Shown: positions 8,419 to 19,297 of the stretch, in pieces
Layout: every line of letters begins with the position of its first letter
How positions within the stretch are numbered: the first letter of the stretch is position 1
Source of the DNA: Diplonema japonicum
Lineage: Eukaryota; Protista; Euglenozoa: Diplonemea
DNA length: 64,000 bases
Assembly: GCA_964019335.1 (NCBI GenBank)
Contig: OZ025702.1
Span: 1 to 64,000 of the forward strand
Direction of reading: 5' to 3'
The notes under the pieces: model-generated
The model's database searches: none
What the model was told of the DNA's origin: nothing
Seen by the model: only the letters and a program-made list of their open reading frames with translations
Position numbers and translations under genes: made by a program

Positions 8419-11400
8419 ATGGCGTATTTATCAGATGTTACGCATAAGATGCTTGTCGGCAAGCATCAGCCTGCTCTGGGAATCCCGAGCGAATACCAGT
8501 ATTCGCAGAGATACAACAAGTCCCCTAACAACTTGGTCCCTTCTGAGGATGCGGGCATCACCGTCTCAGGCGAGTTCGTGGGTGGCATCAGGTGTATGGA
8601 AGTGCACAGGACTCCCGGGAGCAGCATTGAGAACATGCAGGTGTGGACTGGTGAGCAAGACGGTGCGCTGTGCGTGAGAGACGGGTTGGGCCACGGCAGG
8701 TTCACTATCGAGAAAAAAAAAAAAGTCTTCGTCTCGGCGCTCATGTGTCACGGATGGGACAGTACCCCTGGGCGATTCATGTACGCGGGGATGAGTGATG
8801 GGTATCTTCGAGTATATGACCAGATCGCGCTTCCCGACGGTGGCCACGACTACGAAATGGTTTGTGAGATCAAAAAGCACACGGCTGGTATCACCTGCAT
8901 GCTCTCGGTGCGCGACCTCATCATCACCGGCGGACGCGACTGGCAAATATTCATGTGGAGGTGGGACGGGATACCGGGTGCTGGTGGTTCTTTCCGTGCC
9001 ATAGACCAGCTGTGGGGCCACCAGAATGCAGTAAGGTGCCTCGCCTATGACCAAGGGCCCGATCGTTTGCTATACTCCGGTGGTGACGATTGTTCTATTA
9101 AGTGTCTAGAACTGGAAACAGGAATATCAAGATCTGTTCCGGGAGGTTTCCCGATCGAAGGCCATCAGATCACACGCCACGGACACAAGGGTGGTATCCG
9201 CTCACTGGTATGCTTGCAAGTATCGTCACATCAAATAAGGTTGTCTATGAGAAGTACCTCTTCTCTGCTTCGGAAGATGGTGCCATCAAGGTGTGGGACT
9301 CGCAAGACGGCACCTTCGTGAAGACGATGTTCAGGTGCCCTTTGGGCAGAGAGACTGCGGTTCTCACACTACTGAAAGGTATGATGCCATGACCTCACCT
9401 CATGCTGCACAGACCCTGCTGGCGGTAGGGTGTGGTCGGGCGGTGCTGATGGGATCATCCGAGTATTCAATGCCTACGACCATGTTCAGGTATGCGTTCA
9501 GCAGCAACAACATCGAAGCAGATCACGCAAATTGAAGACCCCCACAACGGCGCTATGGTGACGAACCTCGCCACCCTAGGGAGGCTGAATGCCATCAAGG
9601 GTTGGTACGTAACAAAAGAAGGCACTTGCAAGGTGCTTTACTCGGAATCAGACTCACCCGACAAGGTATTCAGCAGAAACAACAACCACGCACCACAACC
9701 ACAACCACAGTACATCGCCCCAACCACTGAGAACGAGGTCGCAATGATCAAAGAAGTTTCCAGGTTGCGAGCCATCACCATCCAAGACTTCAAAGATCTT
9801 GAGGCAAAGAAGAAGCAACACACCCGAATCCAGCACATTTCCGATAAGAGAAGGAGAGCTCTTACTAATGTTGTTGAGACTCTTGGCGGTACAACAATAA
9901 AGAGGAAGTTTTTCTCTAAGTTGCTGTTGTGGAACCAGAAAAACAAGAACGAGGTCAAAAGACGGGAGCTTTCGCACATCATGGGTGCAACAAACAACCA
10001 GTTGCTGGTGCACCTGTACTTCGCAAAATTGTTGAGATTCATCACTGTCACAAAGGAACAGAAGAAAAGGTTCCGCTTCGCAAGCTGTCTCATGACCAGC
10101 ACTACCAACGGCCTGCAAACCCTGTACTACAGGAAGTTAGTTGAATGGGTCAGACGCCACACGGTGACTACTCACAAGCGGGATGTCCTTTCTTGCTTGA
10201 TGAAGAATACGGAAGGCGGCATGAGGACCACATACTATCACAGATGGGCAAGATGGTCCTTCAAACACAGACAAGCCAAGAAGCGAGAAGCTATTTGCGA
10301 GTCACTGAGAAATGGGTCCAAACAGGGCTTGATGGTCACGTACTACTATAAGCTCATCCATTTCTATAGAAAAGAAGGAACTGTGAAGAAAAACCAAGAA
10401 TTAGGCAATGCTCTCCTTGCGACGCACAACAATGGGCTCAGAAGGGTCTTTATGCACAAGTGTCTGCAGTGGCTTGAAAAGAAGAAGAATAGCGACAGGA
10501 AGAAGCGTATGGCACAAGCATTGTTGAGGACAACACACGACGGCTTGCGCAAGTCGTGCCTTGCTAAGGCCAGGCTCTGGCTGACCGAACAGAAGAAGCG
10601 TAAGGTGGAGGAGAGAATCGAGGAGCTGGACAATGCAATGGATACCATCAACAGAAAGCTCAGTGAGAGCAGCTCGCTCACTGACGAGGACATCGACCGC
10701 CTGACCAGAGAAGTTAGTGACGAGATGGAGGCATTGGAGGCAGAGATGGACTCTTTGGAGGCTGAGCTCGTACGTTTGGATGAAGAAAAGAAGAATCTTG
10801 AGAAGGAACTGAGGAGTGTTGGCCGCCGCACCTTTGATTATAGCGCAGGTGAAAATGCCACAAAGCAAGCTCTGAGTGTGATCGGCTACTTAAAGTGCCA
10901 CGGTGTAAATTGCAAGAGCGACAACACTGCAATAAATGCCCTGCACGAGAAGAGGAAGAAGGGAGACGACCCTGTGACAATGTACACCAATGGGTTCAAG
11001 CGCGTGAAGGACAGCATCTCTGGCTTGTGCCAGAGAGAAGGTATCGAGCACGACATGTCTAAAGCCGAGTGGGATGTCCCGCATGACATCGTCACGCTAT
11101 TCGACAGGAAGCCCTTTGACGTTGCACACCAGGGAATAAAGGAGATGGTGATTGCTGCCGACCAGATGGCTGATCCGAAAATCAGCAGAGAGAGCATCGC
11201 GAAAGCAGAGCGGGGCCCCGTATCCAAGCAGATCCTTCTGAACCAAAACCTGCTCATCGACATCGTCCTTAAGGTGTACGAGAAGAGAATAGTAAAGGTA
11301 TGCCACTTGTGTGGTTCACATGCTTGCAGGAGCTCCGCCAGCTGACACCTGAGCAGATTGAAGAGTTCGATCTCAAAGACGCAAAGTTCGGGTCAGTGTC

Positions 11401-11844
11401 AGTGGCATCCCTAGGCTTGGGAGGAGACGGGGCTGACGAGAAACCGGATGTGCAGGAGGAAGTGGAATACGAGCCTGTGGTTGAAGAGGCACCTGTGCAG
11501 GTGTGTTTAAACATGTTCAGAAACTTATAATCGACAGTCGCCACGTACTGCCAAGAAGCCTGCTGCACCGAGAGCAACTGCAGGCTACAAGTTCAGCCCC
11601 GACCTGAAAATCACAGAACTGGGTCTTGGGTGCCCTGCTGCCAAGGCAGGCCTCAAGGTCGGTGACGTCATCACAGCTGTTGGGCAGACTAGCGTCAAGG
11701 ACAAGAGGCAGTATGCCTCTGCGATCAAGAAGATTAGAGTATGCCACCAAAAAAACACTGCAACCTTCACAGCCCGGCGATCCAGTTGTGGTGACCTTCA
11801 GAAGAGGTGCTCGTTCTAGGACCACGAGCATCAACATGCAATGA
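8419..11844 (+). CDS. WD40-repeat / helical-repeat / coiled-coil / PDZ protein, ~1074 aa; exons 8419-9207, 9240-9378, 9413-9489, 9522-11297, 11330-11500, 11538-11738, 11773-11844
   Basis: WD motifs (GHQNAVRCL...SGGDDCSIK, SASEDGAIKVWD, SGGADGIIRVF) and PDZ signature CPAAKAGLKVGDVITAVG. Six GT-AG introns of 32-37 nt give one continuous frame (3225 nt). Confidence 0.85.
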
Positions 11845-12394
11845 AGCGTCCATCTGTTGCAACAGTGTCCTATCCCACCCATATCCCCTTGTATATCCTC
11901 CACACCTTTGCTTCATCGGCTCTGACGCCTTTGGAAACCCTAAGTATTATGATAGTGGTCTCAGTTGTATCCCCAGTGTTGTTCCTGACCCCTTTCCTTT
12001 TTATTTTTCTCTTCTATTATTTTTACTTTTTTTCTTCCTTTTCCCCCTTTCCCTCCACCGGTGAAGGCAGGTATTCTTGTCCGCAAACCTTCTTCTTCTT
12101 CTTCCCTTTGTTTGCCGAGCGTTCCCGCGATCCCTTGTATGTATCTTTTTATTTTATTTACTGTTCCTTGACTCACCACTCCTGCGGCCCTTCAAAGAAG
12201 AAGGCGCCTTAGCGACTTTTTTCTGTTGCCCTAAATCGAACAGCGCAAGACAACAATGCAGTTTATTGCCAAAGTTACTCAACGTGTTACGTTTGGTGTC
12301 ACTTGGCAGACTTTGCAAAGATGACCCTTCCACCCTCTTTATCTTTTTTGTTATGCATCATTTTGTCATTCACACTACATAACCGCACAGGTAG

Positions 12395-13615
12395 ATGGAC
12401 ATCGAGTCCTTTGATGAATGCCAAATATCTGGGAAGTTGCTAACGTCCCCCAGGAGTCTCAGAGCTATGAGACGTCTGGGGTACAATGAAGAACAGCTCC
12501 TCTACAAGCCATGGGCATGGTTCACAAAAAGGAGTGACTCCCACGAAGAAGCAGCCTTGCGTAGGGAAAACTGGGAAATATATAGGAACAGGGCGATCGC
12601 AGAGGTGAGGCACGCCAGGCAAGTTCTTATACAACACGAGGCCGCGGCACCTACTTCTGTGTCACCTAAAAGCTCTGTCTCTGAGAAGACAAGGCCTGCA
12701 AACATGACACGGCCGGGGAAGGTGGCACCTTTGAAAAAGCGCAAGGAAAAAGACCTCGAGAGACGAGACCTTCTACTGCAGCACATCGAACAGAAGAACA
12801 ACGTCGCTGACAGGTTGATTGCAGAGCGTAGCAGAGCAAGGTGTATGGATACGTCCAAACGGTTACAGAAGTGGCTACAGAAGAGGGAGCGTGCTGCCGA
12901 TTTGCATCAACAGGAAGAGCTTGCAACGGTCCGTAAGTACGCCGCCACACGGACCCTACGTCACGAGACAGCAGAGAGGGTTGTGGCAGCACGTGCGCAA
13001 TGGGCTGTAAACAAAAGGTCACGGCAAGCAGAAAAACTGCAAGAAACCCGCCAGCGAGAAGCCACAATCAAAGAGGCAGACTATCTGCGAAACCAGGCCA
13101 CCTGCAAAAAGGTGTTAGAACGTAACAATGAAATTGAACGAAAGCAAAGGGAGTTGCAGCTTGCGAGGGGTTTGCTAAAAGCCGACACGGAGTGGGTGGC
13201 ATCGATGATTTTAAAACAGAAGCAAGATAACGAGGCGTATGAACGAAAGCAAAGGGAACAAACAGCGCTCAAAAAACACGAGAAATCGGAGAAATGCCGC
13301 ATGGAGATCGAGGAAGAAAAGAAGGTGATGTCTCTCTACAGGCACTTAGTGAAGATAGAGCGTGATGAAAAGCGGAAGGAGGTGAGGCTGTTTGCATTGG
13401 AAGAAGAGAGGGAAAAAATCGAAAAGCGGGAAAAACAACAGGATGGATACGCAACGGTGCTCGCTGATGAACGGAAGACCGCACGCCTGAGGAATCTGAA
13501 CAAAGAATTACGGCAACTAGATCGAATTAAGGAAGTAGAGCGAGCAAAGCGGAAGCGAGAGTTTATGCTCTTGGAGAGAATGGAAAATAATGACAATGGG
13601 GGCAAATACCAGTAG
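12395..13615 (+). CDS. Basic coiled-coil protein (E/R/K-rich), possibly flagellar or cytoskeletal
   Basis: 406-aa ORF with N-terminal TSPRSL...LG motif followed by long charged helices; ACAG/TAG acceptor before the ATG. Confidence 0.8.
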   Translation: MDIESFDECQISGKLLTSPRSLRAMRRLGYNEEQLLYKPWAWFTKRSDSHEEAALRRENWEIYRNRAIAEVRHARQVLIQHEAAAPTSVSPKSSVSEKTRPANMTRPGKVAPLKKRKEKDLERRDLLLQHIEQKNNVADRLIAERSRARCMDTSKRLQKWLQKRERAADLHQQEELATVRKYAATRTLRHETAERVVAARAQWAVNKRSRQAEKLQETRQREATIKEADYLRNQATCKKVLERNNEIERKQRELQLARGLLKADTEWVASMILKQKQDNEAYERKQREQTALKKHEKSEKCRMEIEEEKKVMSLYRHLVKIERDEKRKEVRLFALEEEREKIEKREKQQDGYATVLADERKTARLRNLNKELRQLDRIKEVERAKRKREFMLLERMENNDNGGKYQ

Positions 13616-13685
13616 CCTTTCTAGGCACAGTTTATAGTAATTTGGTGTTTACATTACACCAGTATACTGAACCCAACACAGGTTA

Positions 13686-15602
13686 ATGCAGCCAAGCGGC
13701 CCGCAGACAGAGTCGTCGGCAATATGCGCCATCTTGGGGCAGCTTGAGGATGTCAAGGCGGGGCGTGAGGCGGCTGAGAAAAAGGTAGCTGCCACCTTGA
13801 AAGATCTCAAAGCACAACGTGAAGTAAACCATACGCTGCAGCAGCAGCATGCATTGCACAACAGTGAGCGTGCTCGGCTGCAGCAGGCAGTCGACTCTCT
13901 GACGCAACAGCTTGAAAAATATAGAATGGAAGTGGAACTTCTGCGAACACAGACTTTAGACCTTAAACAGCAAAGAATCGTGCCACTGCAGGCATCATGC
14001 TCGCCTGAACGCCTGGAGGAGCAGCAGAATATTGTTACGGAACAGCAACCGAAGCCGCGTACAAGGTGCGCTCGGTGCGTTGAGGCCAAAGAAACAATAA
14101 ATAACTTTCTGTCAGAAGTTGCTAGTGTCAAAGAAGTAACGAGGGAACTACAGACAAGTCTCGCTGCTGAGAAAGAAAAATACGAAGCCTTCAAAATGAG
14201 CAAGATACAGGAGGGGAAAGCAATCGGGAAGGACCTGCTTCTGGAAAAGACCAAAGTCCTAACCCTGCAACATAGCCTGCACACCTGCAGCACTGAGATG
14301 CAGTCTCTGAAATCGCAGTATCACTCGGAAATATCCTTGCAGAAAGTTAAAACAGAGTCCTCAGACATGAAAGTTCTCCAACTAGAGGCTGCAAACAGTG
14401 AGCTTGAAACCTGCTTAGCACAGAAATCGAGACAGCAAGCTACGCGTGGCACCCAAACGCCAGTGCTTAATGAAACGGTTGTTGCTGACCTTCAGCATGA
14501 GCTTCATAAGGTTCGCGAGCTTAACTCTTCTTTACAGAATGAAAGTAAAGCACTCCTTCGTGAGAATGAGTGCCTTGCTGCGAGTAACGAACAGGCGATA
14601 GCTTTTACCGAGCAGCTGACAGAAGTTAAGAGCAGGCAGGAGGAGCATAAAAAGCTCTTGAAGAAAACAACAGCGAAGTTAGTGAACTCCGAGGATAAAG
14701 TTGCTGAACTGAGTTCTCTGAACGCAATGTTAGAAGAGGAGTGCGGCAAGCAAATCAAAGCGCTGCATGAAATGACAAACGTGTGCGATGCGGAGCGACT
14801 AGCGTCTCAGCAGCTGAGAGCGGAAAACAAGAAATTGAAACAGCAACCAACGACACATGAGGTGTCCCTACAAACCACTCTGGAAACACAAGAAGAGGCT
14901 GTCGCCAAACAAGACAAGCGCCGCTTGTGCCAAGCGAATGAGATGCTTGAGTCCGAGCTTCATCAAGCTGAGCTGAAGATAGAAGACCTGACGGAGGATT
15001 GTAACCTCATGAACTGGAACATCACGGAACTGAACCTCGCGATAGAAACGTTAGAAACACGTGGGGCGGTCAATGAACTGGAACTGACACAGACGAAGCA
15101 GAGCTTTAGTGTCGCCGAACAAGAAGCCTTATCTGAGAGAGAGCAGAAAGAAGAGGTTCTGAGTCAGATGCTCACGGAACGTGAGGAAACCGTTGTAATG
15201 ATTGACACTTACAGAGGCTGCATCGAGGCCTTGGCGCAGGAAAGGCAGACGAAAGAAACGAGAGGCTGCTTTCAACAAATACGAGTGGGTGATCACTTCG
15301 TCACAGACCGTGCTGCAAAGAACAAAGGTGGGTGGGCCGTGTATTACGCCACCGTTTCGGAGATTCTGGATGGCACCGTACGTTTTTTGCAACTAGATTC
15401 CCCTTTTTCCACAGACGAGCTCACCAGGCTGATGGACACAGAGAGGTTGTACTACGAGGGGCAGCTGTCGAAGGGAGAGTTCGAAGATTGGCGTGCCTCA
15501 TGGAGGGCACAGGAAACCAAGGCATCAGTTACAGCATCGCAGGTCGCAGAGCACATCCTGCACCTGAAAGACAACAAATCAAGGGGGGATCCGAGACACT
15601 AG
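13686..15602 (+). CDS. Long coiled-coil protein
   Basis: 638-aa ORF with heptad-rich E/Q/K/L composition; ACAG 4 nt upstream of the ATG. Confidence 0.82.
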   Translation: MQPSGPQTESSAICAILGQLEDVKAGREAAEKKVAATLKDLKAQREVNHTLQQQHALHNSERARLQQAVDSLTQQLEKYRMEVELLRTQTLDLKQQRIVPLQASCSPERLEEQQNIVTEQQPKPRTRCARCVEAKETINNFLSEVASVKEVTRELQTSLAAEKEKYEAFKMSKIQEGKAIGKDLLLEKTKVLTLQHSLHTCSTEMQSLKSQYHSEISLQKVKTESSDMKVLQLEAANSELETCLAQKSRQQATRGTQTPVLNETVVADLQHELHKVRELNSSLQNESKALLRENECLAASNEQAIAFTEQLTEVKSRQEEHKKLLKKTTAKLVNSEDKVAELSSLNAMLEEECGKQIKALHEMTNVCDAERLASQQLRAENKKLKQQPTTHEVSLQTTLETQEEAVAKQDKRRLCQANEMLESELHQAELKIEDLTEDCNLMNWNITELNLAIETLETRGAVNELELTQTKQSFSVAEQEALSEREQKEEVLSQMLTEREETVVMIDTYRGCIEALAQERQTKETRGCFQQIRVGDHFVTDRAAKNKGGWAVYYATVSEILDGTVRFLQLDSPFSTDELTRLMDTERLYYEGQLSKGEFEDWRASWRAQETKASVTASQVAEHILHLKDNKSRGDPRH

Positions 15603-15698
15603 ATATTGTATTAAACTTCATTCAAGATTGTAATACCTATAAATATATTACACTACCACAGAGTTTGGGGAAGATGCTATCGGAACCTTGTAATACAA

Positions 15699-17612
15699 AT
15701 GAACGTTGATAGTGACACTGATGGGACCCTGGAGTTCTCGATTCAGTCTGACAGTTTTGACGGTGACACAAAGCTCGAAGAAGTGCGGGGGGATAGGGTG
15801 GAGAGGGAAACAAAGCAAAGCGAATATGATTTAAAGAATGAGGCCGCAACGGGAAATGTCAACCAAGACAAAAAGAACATTGATAGTAACGACGACGACG
15901 ATGATGATGATGATGATGATGAGACCTTTTCTGTGGCCAGCGAGCCGGAAGTGGTAGCAGAAGTGGAGCTGCAGCCGGAAGTAGAACGAATGCCAGAGTC
16001 TGAGCCGGAGCCTGCGTCCGAAGTAGAACTAGAATCGGAAGCAGAGTTGGAGATAGAAGAGGTTGCCGTCAGCCCCCCTGACATCCTCCTCATGTTACAG
16101 AGGCTGAACTCATCACGTCCCAAACTAGAGTCTCCACCCCCTCCACAAAATGACTCTCCTCTACAAGTTGAGCTAGAACAGGTTGAGACCCTTGCTCTGC
16201 AGGCTGTCTCTGAAAAACTAACGGACATGTTTATGTGTGAGGAACAAATTCGATTTAACATCACCACTGAACACCAGGTCGCGTGTGAAGCCGCGAGGCG
16301 GTGGTTAGTTGATAGCTGCGAGAACGTCGCACGCAAAGAAGCTGCTGCGTCTTATGGAGAGGGCCTTCGCTGTGCCCTTGTAGTACAGTGTGCGCACCAT
16401 GAGAACATTTCGAGGACAGAGGTGGAACATATCCAGAACGAAGAGGCGCAACGTCTTATGAACAAACACAAAGAATCTATTAAGCTTGCAACTAAAACAG
16501 GGCTGCCAAGCTCACCTCGGTCGCCGCATCACGTGCTGTGGAATGACAGCGCGGCTTGTTTGTGTGGTACGCTGGTCGTTGTGCACGCTGCATCGGCACA
16601 TGCGGAAGAGAGAAGGAAGCTTGGTTACAAGCGGCGTGCCGCAGCATGCACTATTCAAAGGTGTTGGAGGGTCGACAGAGCTATCACTCAACTTAAGAGA
16701 CTGAAACACAAACGCGTCCACGTCGTCCTAGTGCATGAAGAGAGGCAATACATCGTATCGTCAGCAGTCCTCATCCAAAGCACCTTCAGACGATGGTGTG
16801 CAAAGAGGAGAACGGAACAATTAAAGCAGACCTTCCTTGAAAAACGGAATAGGCAGTCCGCTGCACTGCTCATCCAAAACACGTGGAGTGAATGCCGCTC
16901 TAAATTGCTAAAGCGGCGTGAAGAGCAGAGAGTGCGGAAATTAGAAATGCAAGCAACAGCCTTGCGGGGCGCCCTCGAAGCGATGAAACAGGAAAGGCAA
17001 GGGTTGGTCAAGACAATAGAGACACTCAGGAAGGAAAATAAGGAAACAAAGAGTGCTGCTGAAAGAGCGGTCAGCGCGTGGACGGAAGATTCCCCGCCTG
17101 AGAAGGAAGTCCCTCCTCCGCCTTCACCCCCGGCATCTCCCTCACCCCCAGCATCGCCCCCGGTCTTGCCCCGAGCAGCTACGAAATCAGTGCTCATTCA
17201 AACACACGACGCTCCAATGCACAACGACCCCTTCAGCTCTACACACACTAGCACCGAACTGCTGAGCGCAGAGTCCGAAAAGGAACTCGAATCGCTTGGC
17301 AGCGCAAGTCTGCTTATGAACGCCCTTGAAATGGCACGTCTCAAAGACCAGATCATTCTCGAGCAGCTGAGGCTGCTAAGCAATAGGCCCCTGGCTCCTG
17401 CGACCAGTGGAAGTTTGCCCCTTAGTTCGGGCCCTATTGTGGAGAATTCCTACCAAGGTGCGCAGCATAGCCCCGTGCCCCTTTCAAAACCAATGCGGCA
17501 CAACCAACGGCACTCGCGTGTACGGACCAGTGCACTTGCCGAGGTGCTTTTGTTCAACAGCAAGCCTTCTCGTCTTCACCGCAGAACCTATGGCAGGATG
17601 GGCGGCAGCTAG
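15699..17612 (+). CDS. IQ-motif (calmodulin-binding) coiled-coil protein with acidic N-terminus
   Basis: AACTIQRCWR, AVLIQSTFRRW and AALLIQNTW; poly-Asp tract. Confidence 0.8.
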   Translation: MNVDSDTDGTLEFSIQSDSFDGDTKLEEVRGDRVERETKQSEYDLKNEAATGNVNQDKKNIDSNDDDDDDDDDDETFSVASEPEVVAEVELQPEVERMPESEPEPASEVELESEAELEIEEVAVSPPDILLMLQRLNSSRPKLESPPPPQNDSPLQVELEQVETLALQAVSEKLTDMFMCEEQIRFNITTEHQVACEAARRWLVDSCENVARKEAAASYGEGLRCALVVQCAHHENISRTEVEHIQNEEAQRLMNKHKESIKLATKTGLPSSPRSPHHVLWNDSAACLCGTLVVVHAASAHAEERRKLGYKRRAAACTIQRCWRVDRAITQLKRLKHKRVHVVLVHEERQYIVSSAVLIQSTFRRWCAKRRTEQLKQTFLEKRNRQSAALLIQNTWSECRSKLLKRREEQRVRKLEMQATALRGALEAMKQERQGLVKTIETLRKENKETKSAAERAVSAWTEDSPPEKEVPPPPSPPASPSPPASPPVLPRAATKSVLIQTHDAPMHNDPFSSTHTSTELLSAESEKELESLGSASLLMNALEMARLKDQIILEQLRLLSNRPLAPATSGSLPLSSGPIVENSYQGAQHSPVPLSKPMRHNQRHSRVRTSALAEVLLFNSKPSRLHRRTYGRMGGS

Positions 17613-17712
17613 TGTCCAGCAATGTAAGTATATAGCATGCTTGCTAGTGATAGTAATTCTGTTTTTGTTAACCTGATCAAACTTACCCAGACCACTTTTC
17701 TCCAACACAAAA

Positions 17713-18447
17713 ATGGCATCTGAATACGACTACCTGTTTAAGCTCCTCCTCATCGGTGACAGGTATGCGTAACGCACAACACATCCACCCGCACCCACAC
17801 AGCGGTGTCGGCAAGAGTTGTTTGCTGCTCCGTTTTGCTGATGACACGTACACCGAATCCTACATCTCGACCATCGGTATGAAAAGATGAAAGACGGCGA
17901 TGTACATTTTACTTCTACTCACAGGTGTAGACTTCAAAATCAGGACTATTGAACTTGACGGGAAGACAATTAAACTCCAGATCTGGGACACCGCGGGGCA
18001 GGTATGCACATGCAGCAACTAGACACCACATGACAGGAGCGTTTCAGAACGATCACTGCGAGCTACTACAGGGGCGCACACGGTATCATCATTGTGTACG
18101 ATGTGACGGACGCGGAAACATTCAACAATGTGAAGACGTGGCTTAAGGAGATCGAGAAGTATGCTACGGACAACGTCAGCAAGCTGCTGGTGGGCAACAA
18201 ATCTGATATGGTGGTTAAGAAGGCAGTCGACCACGGCACCGCAAAGGACTACGCCGAGTCCCTTGGGATCCCCTTCTTGGAGACTTCCGCCAAAAATGCC
18301 ATCAACGTAGAGCAGGCATTCGTCACCATGTCCACCGAAATTAAAAAGAGAATCCAATCCAGCCAACCTGACCAAGGCAAGAGGTCGGGTGTCGACATCT
18401 CCAGATCGGAGAACATAGGCCAGAAGAAGAAGGGTGGTTGCTGCTAG
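17713..18447 (+). CDS. RAB1: Rab1 GTPase, 203 aa; exons 17713-17762, 17803-17876, 17925-18001, 18037-18447
   Basis: [51 protein letters not shown] and C-terminal GGCC. Introns of 40, 48 and 35 nt. Confidence 0.97.
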
Positions 18448-19297
18448 AGAGACATAAAGATACCCCCTTTGTGGGAGAATTATCCATCCCCGAGTGTCAC
18501 CCCACCCTTTCCCCATATTTTTCTTTCCCCATTTTTTATCTCCTCATTGCCAATCCTTTGCTTCACACTCCAAGTTTTCCCTTTTAGATATTGCCCGTGT
18601 GTTGAGACCCAGCCCCAAGAGGAACAGGGATGTGCGGAAGCGGCAGGCTGACCGTCACGTGCACGAGAAGCACCTGTCGCTTGGCGTGTGCAGTGAGTTA
18701 TCCCCACCCATATTACCTAGCAGCTCTCGCAAGCTCTTTCTTCACCTTACCTCTATCCACCTTCTGACTATCTGCGAGAATTCTTTTGGGACAAACCAAA
18801 AAGCTTCCAGGTCTTGCTGACCAAGGATGTTATATATGCATTGCATCCTAATAACAAGGGAAATAAAAGAAAATAAAAAACCAAAAGAATAGAAAGGTGA
18901 AAAAGTAGAAGGATAGCCCTTTGCACTGCTTGTGGCAGCGGCAAAGGTACTGTAAACATAAGAGAAAGTATTTTTAAAACTGATTGAGGAATCAACTAAG
19001 AGAGATGGCTTGCTTTCTTTTCGTCTCCCCGCCCCCGCCCCCCATTTCTTGCCGAACCCACTGCCCACACCCCCCCCACTCTTTCCACATTTTTATTTTG
19101 TCTTTTTTATGTTCTTCACACAAACATTTATTTATTTCTAACCCTTCTTTTTTTGCTTCGTGTAAATACCCCAACCCGTGCCAGCTAAGGACTTTAGCTA
19201 ACCCGTCTTTCCGTACTACATGCCCGCTCTATGTTCCTGTGCCCACCCCCGTGCTCTTTATTCCTTCAGCCGTGCCTTCTCGTAACACCACAAAGAA

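Noticed and set aside
18600-18830. GC-richer segment in the Rab1 3' spacer as an ncRNA
   Set aside because: Only an 8-bp stem; no tRNA, C/D box or SL features recognisable.
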